From: Candidatus Hodarchaeum mangrovi
GTDB lineage: Archaea; Asgardarchaeota; Heimdallarchaeia; Hodarchaeales; Hodarchaeaceae
DNA: 13,604 nucleotides
Assembly: GCA_016839515.1 (NCBI GenBank)
Contig: JAEOUE010000259.1
Location: forward strand, 1 to 13,604
Reading direction: 5' to 3'
Under the pieces are notes generated by a model. That model searched no databases, had not been told where the DNA came from, and worked only from the letters and a program-made list of their open reading frames with translations. Positions 1 through 7,939 of the stretch are shown here, in pieces; the first letter of the stretch is position 1; every line of letters begins with the position of its first letter. The translations under genes and the position numbers were made by a program.

Positions 1-629
1 GTTCGAACAGCTTCGTCAGTAATATGAGTCGAGATCAGTATTGTCTTTCCTTTACTTTTAAGTTCTTTAAAATAATCCCAAAATTCTTGACGAAGAATTG
101 GGTCAACACCAACTGTAGGTTCATCAAGAAATAACAAATCGGGGTCGGTTAATAGAGAAATTCCTAAAGAAACACGTCGTTTTTGACCTCCAGAAAGAGT
201 TCTACATAATTTATCTTTTTTATCAGCTAAGACTAGCAGATGAAATAATTCATCTAATTTCTGCTTAATTTTATTATCTTTTAAACCAAAAATTCTACCA
301 TAAAAAAGAGCGTTTTGTAAAGGTGTTAAATCTAAATAAATTGCTAATTCCTGAGGCATAAATCCAATTTTATGGCGTGCAGGAATTTTCATTTTAGGGA
401 TATCATAACCTAAAATATTAATCTTACCTGTTTTGAGTTTATAGATACCCATTAAGCAATGGATTAATGTTGTTTTCCCCGCACCATTGGGACCTAACAA
501 TCCAAAGATTTCTCCTTCTGGGATTGTCAAAGAAACATCATTAACAGCTAATAGTTTTCCAAAATTCTTTGTTAAATTGGTTATTGTTATTGCTGTATGA
601 TGAGATACCTTTTTAGTAGAAACACTCAT
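1..629 (-). CDS. ABC transporter ATP-binding protein (ABC-2/multidrug export type), 3' end outside the window
   Basis: Not in the ORF track; translated by hand from ATG at 629: MSVSTKKVSHHTAITITNLTKNFGKLLAVNDVSLTIPEGEIFGLLGPNGAGKTT (Walker A), LSGGQKRR (signature), LLFLDEPTVGVDP (Walker B/D-loop), GKTILISTH (H-loop). GGTGA SD-like motif upstream. Confidence 0.95.
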   Translation of the reverse strand, partial: MSVSTKKVSHHTAITITNLTKNFGKLLAVNDVSLTIPEGEIFGLLGPNGAGKTTLIHCLMGIYKLKTGKINILGYDIPKMKIPARHKIGFMPQELAIYLDLTPLQNALFYGRIFGLKDNKIKQKLDELFHLLVLADKKDKLCRTLSGGQKRRVSLGISLLTDPDLLFLDEPTVGVDPILRQEFWDYFKELKSKGKTILISTHITDEAVR

Positions 630-816
630 GGAATTTCACCATAAATCTCCTATCTCTTTTCTTTAAAAATAGTTATCTCTATTACTCTTCTAACACGATA
701 CAAAGGCTATCAATTTTCTGTGTATCCTTTTTCCAATCTTTTTGTTTCCTAGATTAGATAATTTGCCCAAAACTCACAAATTTTTAGATACAATTAGATG
801 AAAGTCGTGTGGAGAA

Positions 817-1713
817 TTATTTCTCCTTTTTAGTTTCTTTCTTACGAATATTCACTTTTTTCTTCTGTTTAGTAACAAGATCGGCCATAAATGCCTGTGA
901 AGTATAAGCGCTTTCTATTTCTGCTGTTTTTATTGTCTCTAAATTTAAATCTGATACTTCAGCTGGTGAAAATCCCTTTTCCATTGCATAGGTACTACCC
1001 GATGCCTGATGTCTCACAGTTCTAGTTTCTGTTCGCTGTAGATAAAAATGGGAGGTCATATGAATAATTTCTCCTTCGCCATATTTAAATGATACAATGA
1101 TAGGAGACTCTCCGTATTTTTCTTTCATTTCTCGTGAATTCACGAGGATTTTTACTTTCTCATGATTGATAATTCTGATAGGATAGCTTGATCCTTCTAG
1201 CCACCATTGTGGATCATCTGTTGCATCAATTACTGAGTGGATAAATGAATTTTCTCCTCCATCTAGGATTTCAACTCGTACAACGTCATCAGGGGTAGCT
1301 CTGTTGTTAAATTCAACAAAACCGGGAAAAACTCTCTCCAGAACATGTTTTAAAGCCCAATCAGTTGTTATCAACATCCCTCCACGCAAAACAAATGATT
1401 GCAAAATTTCTATTCCAGAATCTGAAAAGCCGTCACCTGGGCAATTGATGAAGATTAGTTCATCCCCTGAGAATTCAAGCTGATCTAGCTGTCTTGGTGA
1501 GATAAGACTATGTGGAATATTTGCTAAATTAAAATTAACTTGTGCATGGTCATAAATTCCTTCAACAACAATGATATCAGACTCTTTAATCCCATCTAGT
1601 ATTTTTAAATCCTCGGGTCTTTCTTTAGCAAGTCTCCTTCGAAGTAATTGTGAGGATGCTTCATACGCTCTTTTCATTTGTTGATCCCCTTTAATATTTT
1701 CTTTTTTATCCAT
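817..1713 (-). CDS. Conserved hypothetical protein, probable class I glutamine amidotransferase-like fold (DUF4159/ThuA-like clan)
   Basis: Long ORF. The pattern 'ELIFINCPG...IEILQSFVLRGGMLITTDW' and 'SFKYGEGEIIHMTSHF' resembles GATase-like domains. ATG at 1713 is preferred over TTG at 1731. Confidence 0.6.
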   Translation of the reverse strand: MDKKENIKGDQQMKRAYEASSQLLRRRLAKERPEDLKILDGIKESDIIVVEGIYDHAQVNFNLANIPHSLISPRQLDQLEFSGDELIFINCPGDGFSDSGIEILQSFVLRGGMLITTDWALKHVLERVFPGFVEFNNRATPDDVVRVEILDGGENSFIHSVIDATDDPQWWLEGSSYPIRIINHEKVKILVNSREMKEKYGESPIIVSFKYGEGEIIHMTSHFYLQRTETRTVRHQASGSTYAMEKGFSPAEVSDLNLETIKTAEIESAYTSQAFMADLVTKQKKKVNIRKKETKKEK

Positions 1714-1750
1714 GATGAACACTTCTTGCAATATTTTTATTGTTCAAAAT

Positions 1751-2944
1751 TTAGAACTGCATCTCGTTTCCATTGATATATACTTTTTCAACCCGACTAT
1801 AAAATTCAAATGGGTCTCCACTCCAGATGACAATATCAGCATCTTTGCCTACTTCTAAAGAGCCTACACGGTCGTCTATCTTTAAAATTTCTGCGGGATT
1901 GATTGTAATACATTTAAATGCATCCTCACGGCTCATTCCTTCCTTTATTACAAACATTGGAAGTAAAGGGAAGAAATTCATTGGTGTAAGACTATCGGTT
2001 TGAAGAGCGACTTTTACTCCTGCTTTATTCAGAATTACTGGTGTTTTAAATGATCTATTTGTAGTTTCTTGTTTGCTTACCCAAAAAAGTGTAGGTCCAT
2101 ATACAACGGGGATATTTTTAGATGCGATATATGATGCAATCTCTGCAGAATCTGTACCATGTATTAATACTAGATCTAATCCAAATTCTTCTGTAATACG
2201 AATGATAGTTGCTATATCGTCGGATCTATGACAATGAGCATGAATAGGGATCTCTTTTTTCATTACTTTAGCAACAATTTCCATTTTTAAGTCTGTTTTT
2301 GGGGGTGCAGGAGGTAAGGTCTCTTTTTTTTCAGCTATTGCCTTCCGTTCATAATATGATTCTTGTTCCTGAATGTAATTTTGCGCTTCTGTGAATGTCG
2401 TCCGTAATAATGCAGCGACCCCCATTCGTGTTGCAGGCATTCTTTTATTTTCCCTTCCATGAACGCGTTTAGGGTTTTCTCCTAATGCTACTTTTAAACC
2501 TGAGGGAGATTTTACTATCATTTCATCAATAACTTTTCCTGTGGGTTTAATAATAAATGCTTGTCCTGAAATTACATTACCCGATCCAGGCCCTGTATTA
2601 AGACAAGTTACTCCACCTTTTAATACATCAGAGCGAATACTTGGCTCATTCGGATTAAATGAATCAAGTCCTCTCATTTGTGGTGTGACAGGATCCGTCA
2701 TCTCATTTCCATCCTCTCCAGCCCACCCTATGCTTCCATCAAATAATCCTTGATGGGTATGTGCATCAACAAAACCAGGTACAATAAATTTCTCATTAAC
2801 ATCTATTACTTCAGCCTTCTCTGGGATTTGAATCTCTTCCCCTCTTCCTACAGCTATTATTTTTCCATCATTAAACAATACTGTACCTTTCTCAATCTTT
2901 CCTTGTTTCGGACATAATATTGTTCCATTTACTATTGCTTTCAT
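1751..2944 (-). CDS. Metal-dependent amidohydrolase (imidazolonepropionase-like TIM-barrel superfamily)
   Basis: N-terminal beta-sandwich (MKAIVNG...DGKIIAVG), PGFVDAHTH (HxH metal site), GLKVALGENPK, HAHCH, IHG, QTD, and the C-terminal 'TINPAEIL...VGSLEVGKDADIVIW'. A start at ATG 2944 follows GGTGA and removes the overlap with the upstream gene. Confidence 0.9.
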   Translation of the reverse strand: MKAIVNGTILCPKQGKIEKGTVLFNDGKIIAVGRGEEIQIPEKAEVIDVNEKFIVPGFVDAHTHQGLFDGSIGWAGEDGNEMTDPVTPQMRGLDSFNPNEPSIRSDVLKGGVTCLNTGPGSGNVISGQAFIIKPTGKVIDEMIVKSPSGLKVALGENPKRVHGRENKRMPATRMGVAALLRTTFTEAQNYIQEQESYYERKAIAEKKETLPPAPPKTDLKMEIVAKVMKKEIPIHAHCHRSDDIATIIRITEEFGLDLVLIHGTDSAEIASYIASKNIPVVYGPTLFWVSKQETTNRSFKTPVILNKAGVKVALQTDSLTPMNFFPLLPMFVIKEGMSREDAFKCITINPAEILKIDDRVGSLEVGKDADIVIWSGDPFEFYSRVEKVYINGNEMQF

Positions 2945-2960
2945 AAAATTCACCGTCAAA

Positions 2961-4310
2961 TTAAGATTGAAAATCTCTATTTTTTCCAATACCATTATAA
3001 AGAAATCCGTGCTGTTTTACATCCTTTGCATCATAAACATTCCGTCCATCAATTAGGATATGTGTGTTCATAATGTTTTTTAATTTTGAGAAATTTAATT
3101 TGTAATATTCCGCATGTTTGGTGACAATAATTGCACAGTCGGATTTTTCTAACGCTTTTTCAAGATTATTTTCTACAGGCCAATCCTTAAATAATTCAGG
3201 ATTTACATATGGATCATGTGCGATAACTTTAGCTCCTAGTGAGTTTAAATATCGAATTAACGGTAGAGCAGGCGTATTTCGAGTATCATCTGAATTTTCA
3301 AGATATGCAACTCCAAGGACTGTAATTTTTACCTTACTTAATAATTTGAATCCCTTTGCTTCCAAAGCAGATACTGCAAGCCCTGCAAGATGAATAGGCA
3401 TGTGATTGTTAATCTTTCGGCTTAAACTAATGAATTCAGGCTCAATGAATTCCCTACCATAAGTTTGTACTCCGTACCGTAAAAGCCATGGGTCTTTTGG
3501 CAAACAATGACCTCCTACACCAGCCCCTGGATAATGCATAAAACGATCATGTCGTTTATTTATCAATTCAATAATTTCATAGATATTAACCTTCAAACTT
3601 TCACAAACAAGGGCCATTTCATTCGCAAATGCTATATTTATGTCTCGATAGGAGTTTTCTATTGTCTTCGCTAACTCAGCAGCAAGACAGCTTGTAATCG
3701 ATATATCTTTGGTTACAACTTTTTGATATAACCAAACTGCTTTTTCAGTACATTTTGGAGTGAATCCACCAACAACTCTAGGCATATTTACAATAAAATC
3801 TAAGAGTTTTCCTGGCATTACTCGTTCATAGCTAAACGCAAGATGAAAATCATCTCCTGCAGTCATCCGTGAACATTCTTCAATTATTGGTTTTACAACA
3901 TTTTCAGTTGTACCTGGTGCTACTGTAGATTCTATGATTACAGTACTTCCTTTCTTTAGATATTTTCCAATTTGAGCTGAAACTGTGCGTAAAGATTCAT
4001 ATTGGGGGATATGTGAGCTATCGGTGGGTGTTTGAACATCTATCAAAATGTAATCAGCATATTTTGCTACTGATGGATCATCAGTAACACTAAAGCTCTT
4101 CTTTTTTACTACTCGAGCTATTAGTTCATCTAATCCTGGTTCTTTTCCTTTAAAAGGAGATTTTCCTTGATTTAATATATCAATTTTCCAACTAGAGCGT
4201 TCGGACCGTCTTTGTATCCCAGTCACTTGAAACTCATCGATATCAGCTAAGAGTGCGGCAATTGGAATACCTACATATCCCATACCAAATACTACAACTT
4301 TTGTAACCAT
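2961..4310 (-). CDS. Nucleotide-sugar 6-dehydrogenase (UDP-GlcNAc/UDP-ManNAc dehydrogenase, WecC/WbpA-like)
   Basis: Rossmann GMGYVG, IIESTVAPGTT, ERVMPG, AELAKTIENSYRDINIAFANE, catalytic GGHCLPKDP, GVAY...DDTRNTP, IDGRN. The exact substrate cannot be determined from sequence. Confidence 0.93.
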   Translation of the reverse strand: MVTKVVVFGMGYVGIPIAALLADIDEFQVTGIQRRSERSSWKIDILNQGKSPFKGKEPGLDELIARVVKKKSFSVTDDPSVAKYADYILIDVQTPTDSSHIPQYESLRTVSAQIGKYLKKGSTVIIESTVAPGTTENVVKPIIEECSRMTAGDDFHLAFSYERVMPGKLLDFIVNMPRVVGGFTPKCTEKAVWLYQKVVTKDISITSCLAAELAKTIENSYRDINIAFANEMALVCESLKVNIYEIIELINKRHDRFMHYPGAGVGGHCLPKDPWLLRYGVQTYGREFIEPEFISLSRKINNHMPIHLAGLAVSALEAKGFKLLSKVKITVLGVAYLENSDDTRNTPALPLIRYLNSLGAKVIAHDPYVNPELFKDWPVENNLEKALEKSDCAIIVTKHAEYYKLNFSKLKNIMNTHILIDGRNVYDAKDVKQHGFLYNGIGKNRDFQS

Positions 4311-4330
4311 ATCTCGACACCAAAAAATAA

Positions 4331-4356
4331 TAATAAAGGATTAATCCTGTTTATTA
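4331..4356. repeat. Second copy of the palindromic motif (17 bp identical to 12947-12963)
   Basis: GATTAATCCTGTTTATT occurs at 4339-4355 and 12947-12963. Here it lies inside TAATAA-AGGATTAATCCT-GT-TTATTA and overlaps the pepF stop codon. The repeat is directly visible; its function is uncertain. Confidence 0.55.
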
Positions 4357-6119
4357 ACAAGTTCTTGAAATTCATTTAGTAATTTTTTAAGATAATCGAA
4401 TCCAGCTTGCCAGAATTCTGGAGTAGTGATGTCCAATCCAACTGAGGATGCTAGATTTACAGGAAATTGAGATCCACCAGCACTTAAGATTTCCTTATAC
4501 TTCGGAATGAAGGATTTTCCTTGTTCTAAATATTTTTGGTATAATCCCAAGACAAAGAGCATTCCAAATGAATAAGCATAACAATAAAAACGGGTTAGAA
4601 TGAAGTGTGGGATGGTTGACCAATTCCACGTTTGCTCTGGTAAGAAATTAACTGCGTCTCCATAAGCTTCTGAGACGAAATTATCCCATAATTCCCCCAT
4701 TTCTTGTGCTGATAAATTACGTCGGGCACCCAGTTCATGACACTCTTTTTCCCAGAAAACATACATTGTTTGACGGCTAATAGTGACAATAGCATCTTCT
4801 AGTTGGCTAGCAATTAATTTAAGTTTAGCCTCATCATCCTTCATTGTTTTTAGTAGTTTTTTTATCAGAATTTGTTCCCCAAAGACCGATGCAGTTTCTG
4901 CTACAACAAGAGGTGGATGATAATTCAGAATTGTTTGGTTTCTTCCAGCAATCAAATCATGGATTCCGTGTCCCATTTCATGTGCTAGGGTGCTAACGCT
5001 ATCTGGAGTCCCATTAAACGACATATGAATGACAGGGTCAATGTTAGGGGTAGTTGCTGAGCAGAAAGCACCAGTCATTTTAGTTTTTCTAACTTCTGAA
5101 TCTATTAAATTTCTATCAAATAACCCTTTAGCTAATTCACCAATATCATTATCGAATTCTAGGTAGGCTTCAAGAACTATACTTCTTGCTTCTTCCCAAG
5201 AGTACTTAATATCTTTTCCAATAGGTGCGTAAAGATCACTTCCCATTATTTTTTTTCCTTGTCCTAAAAGTTTAGCTTTAGCCTTGTAATAATCCTGAAC
5301 TAAATCATAGTTCTTTCTGATCACTTCCATCATTGTAGTGACTATTGCTTCCTCAGTTTGATTGCGAACATGAGCAATGGTCATTGTATCAGGATAATTT
5401 CTGAGTTCAATGTTTTGTCCATGATCTTTCCAAATATTATTAAAACAATGAGTAATAGGAATAGAATTATCTGCATATTTTTGATAATATTTCTTAAAAA
5501 CCTCTTCACGTACACTGGAATTAGGATCTCTAAAAAGTGGAAGCATTTCTCCAGGAGAAAGAATCTTTTTCTCTCCCTTGATTTTTATTTCGAACTGAAA
5601 AGCAGCTGTATATTCATCATATAAATTGTTCCAAGCATTCGCACCAACTAGGTTTTTCATATTCAAAATTTTTTCCTCTGGTTCAGAAAGTAAATAAGGT
5701 TTGTTTAATCGTGAAACTTCTATATAATGATGGTAATTACCTAGGTCTGGGCTTGATAGATAGCCCGATGCTACATCCTCGGGCATTTTTGATATTTCTA
5801 AATAAGCCCATATTAGTTTATTTGAAATATCAGTTATCCTTTGTTGTATCTTCCCATAAAGAGTTTTGTGGTGTTCATTTGTAGTTTCTTGTGCGAAAAG
5901 TAAATAACCATATGAACCAGCTCTGGTAGTTAATTCTCGAATGTTTTCAACCTGCTTAAAGACCTTTTTGAGTTTTTTTGAACTCAAATCACCTGATACA
6001 ATTTTTTCACGATATATAGCTAGTTCATCAGCTAATTGTTCCGCTTTCTCTAAATCTTTATCAATTTGAGGGTCATTATATCCTTGATAAAGAAATGTTA
6101 AATCCCATTTAGTAGTCAA
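4341..6119 (-). CDS. pepF: Oligoendopeptidase F (M3B zinc metallopeptidase)
   Basis: N-terminal WDLxxLY, 'PYLLSEPEEK', GAFC, TLAHEMGH (HExxH), AETASVFGE, WSTIPHF...FYCYAYSFG. TTG start preceded by GGAGA. Confidence 0.93.
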   Translation of the reverse strand: MTTKWDLTFLYQGYNDPQIDKDLEKAEQLADELAIYREKIVSGDLSSKKLKKVFKQVENIRELTTRAGSYGYLLFAQETTNEHHKTLYGKIQQRITDISNKLIWAYLEISKMPEDVASGYLSSPDLGNYHHYIEVSRLNKPYLLSEPEEKILNMKNLVGANAWNNLYDEYTAAFQFEIKIKGEKKILSPGEMLPLFRDPNSSVREEVFKKYYQKYADNSIPITHCFNNIWKDHGQNIELRNYPDTMTIAHVRNQTEEAIVTTMMEVIRKNYDLVQDYYKAKAKLLGQGKKIMGSDLYAPIGKDIKYSWEEARSIVLEAYLEFDNDIGELAKGLFDRNLIDSEVRKTKMTGAFCSATTPNIDPVIHMSFNGTPDSVSTLAHEMGHGIHDLIAGRNQTILNYHPPLVVAETASVFGEQILIKKLLKTMKDDEAKLKLIASQLEDAIVTISRQTMYVFWEKECHELGARRNLSAQEMGELWDNFVSEAYGDAVNFLPEQTWNWSTIPHFILTRFYCYAYSFGMLFVLGLYQKYLEQGKSFIPKYKEILSAGGSQFPVNLASSVGLDITTPEFWQAGFDYLKKLLNEFQELVNKQD

Positions 6120-6513
6120 TTATGAAAATCTCCTATAGAGTATTTGTTAATGATTGGATATAGGTAATCCAAAACATTGAAGTGCTATATCTATTCTTTA
6201 TGGTTTGAGATTTGAAATTACTTGGGCTTATGTAAATTCGATGGGAATAATTTTTTTTAACAAAAGATGTATTAGCAGTATAAATTGAAAAATAAAGAAA
6301 AAAATAGACCTAGAATCATATAAGGAATTTTCATCTTAAGATTTTTTCTGATATTAGAGTAAATTACTTTTCATTGAGATCAAGAAAATTCCTGATATTC
6401 AAAACATTTCTACGTTGTAATTAAAATATCGTGCCTAGTTCTTAAATACAAGAAGTTGTAAAAAGAGATCATAATTTTTGAATGAGAATAGTTAATCTGG
6501 TTGGTTTAGATTC
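6120..6513. promoter_or_regulatory. Divergent promoter region between pepF and the acyl-CoA dehydrogenase
   Basis: AT-rich intergenic region between divergent starts. Contains a TATA-like TTAAATA at 6442-6448 and a 10-bp inverted repeat at 6323-6332/6384-6393. Exact promoter positions cannot be resolved. Confidence 0.5.
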
Positions 6514-7788
6514 ATGAAAACTCAATTGTTAAAGGATGAAATACTAGAAGCTATGTCTTTAAAGAGACAATATGGTGTTTTTAATACAAACATGATGTTT
6601 CTTCTAGATGACAAGGATAAAAAGCTTGTTGAAGAATTTCAAGGACTCTGTCTTGAAAAAGAAGAACAAATCAATGGTATCCATGGCCATAATAATGAAG
6701 ATCATTATAATTGGTTTGAATGGGCTGGAAAACATGGATTAATTAATCGTACAAACAATTATCCTCATCGTGATGATTTAGAGATTGGAATGAAAGCAGA
6801 AATTCTCCGTCAGTGGACTATGGATATTTTCGATCCCCAGTTCTCCCTATCTCTTGGTGCCTCCGTTTTATGTATTAATCCTATTGCTCATCATCATGAA
6901 GGACGAGAAACTTTACTTAAAGATTTGCGGGATCTTCTAGATGGCAAGAAAATTGGATGTATTTGTATTACAGAACCAGAACGAGGTTCTGATGCGGTGA
7001 ATATGTTAGTCAAAGCTGAGAAAGCAGATGATGGTGGATTAATTCTGAATGGAATAAAATGTTACAATACGAACTCTCCTGTAGCTGATATCGCAGCAGT
7101 ATATGCAGTTTATAATACTGATGATCCTCGGGGTACAATGATTCAAGGGATTTCTCATGCTGACTGGAATAAAGGTTTTAAGGCTGAACGTATTGGTATT
7201 CCATCAGTACCAAAAGTTAAAATCGGTAAAACTATTTTTGAAGATGCTCATATTCCTCCTGATTACATTACGGGAGATGATGGTAAGGGTTATGAAATAT
7301 TGTTTGAAGGGCTAGTTCCTGAGCGAATTGGAATCGCAGCACTAAATGTCGGACAAATGTGGGGTGCTTTTTCTCTAGCTGCTTTATATTCAACCGTACG
7401 TCAGCAATTTGGTGAAAAAATTCTCAGACATCAGGCAGTAGGCATGAGCGTTTTAGCTAAGTATCATGGACGATTAACTGATATAACTATGGCTTTATTG
7501 AGATTAGCAGAGACTTATGATACTAAAAAGGAAGAATTAGCTGGAATTCCAGCGACAATGAACCCTCTCGTTGCTATGGCTTCCCAAATGAAAGAATATA
7601 GCTCCTTATTATATCATGAACTCGCTTATGAATGTATGCATGCAATGGGTGGCACTGGAGTTACTGATCAAACCAAAATGCCTCATTATCAAGGAGTTTC
7701 TGAGATTGCCGAAGTTGTTGGTGGTACAAGAAATGTTCAACTACTGATTGGCAGTAGAACCATCAATACTATGATCAAAATGATATAA
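6514..7788 (+). CDS. Acyl-CoA dehydrogenase family flavoprotein
   Basis: ITEPERGSDA, LNGIKCYNTN, ERIGIAA, RQQFGEKI..HQAV, MHAMGGTG, VVGGTRNVQ. Confidence 0.93.
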   Translation: MKTQLLKDEILEAMSLKRQYGVFNTNMMFLLDDKDKKLVEEFQGLCLEKEEQINGIHGHNNEDHYNWFEWAGKHGLINRTNNYPHRDDLEIGMKAEILRQWTMDIFDPQFSLSLGASVLCINPIAHHHEGRETLLKDLRDLLDGKKIGCICITEPERGSDAVNMLVKAEKADDGGLILNGIKCYNTNSPVADIAAVYAVYNTDDPRGTMIQGISHADWNKGFKAERIGIPSVPKVKIGKTIFEDAHIPPDYITGDDGKGYEILFEGLVPERIGIAALNVGQMWGAFSLAALYSTVRQQFGEKILRHQAVGMSVLAKYHGRLTDITMALLRLAETYDTKKEELAGIPATMNPLVAMASQMKEYSSLLYHELAYECMHAMGGTGVTDQTKMPHYQGVSEIAEVVGGTRNVQLLIGSRTINTMIKMI

Positions 7789-7794
7789 GCTCCA

Positions 7795-7820
7795 TTTTTT
7801 CTTTTTTTCTTTTTTTTTCT
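7795..7820 (+). terminator. Oligo-T archaeal-type terminator after the acyl-CoA dehydrogenase
   Basis: Three consecutive runs of 6-8 T, each separated by a single C, starting 7 nt after the stop codon. Confidence 0.65.
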
Positions 7821-7939
7821 GTTATTTTAGACTCATGCTTTTGCGGATAAACTGTTTAGTTTTGTTTATTATTAATAGTAGCGAATTTTTTTCATGGGAA
7901 GTATATTTTTCTTTCTCCATCTTGTATAGGTTCCAGATC

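Noticed and set aside
2945-2995. N-terminal extension of the amidohydrolase overlapping the dehydrogenase by 35 nt
   Set aside because: ATG 2944 has a GGTGA SD-like motif and gives a family-typical N-terminus without overlap.
2541-3393. Short + strand ORFs 2541-2753 and 3118-3393
   Set aside because: Antisense shadows of well-supported enzyme genes, with no recognisable motifs.
4595-5624. Short ORFs 4595-4795 (-) and 5358-5624 (+)
   Set aside because: Fully inside pepF, in an alternative frame or antisense, with no protein-like signal.
7835-7939. Hydrophobic 35-aa N-terminal extension of the GTPase, which looks like a membrane anchor as in SRbeta
   Set aside because: It begins just after the upstream terminator, leaving little room for a promoter, and its F/I/L richness follows from T-rich intergenic DNA. 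The longin pattern starts at ATG 7940. Not strictly excluded without orthologue alignment.
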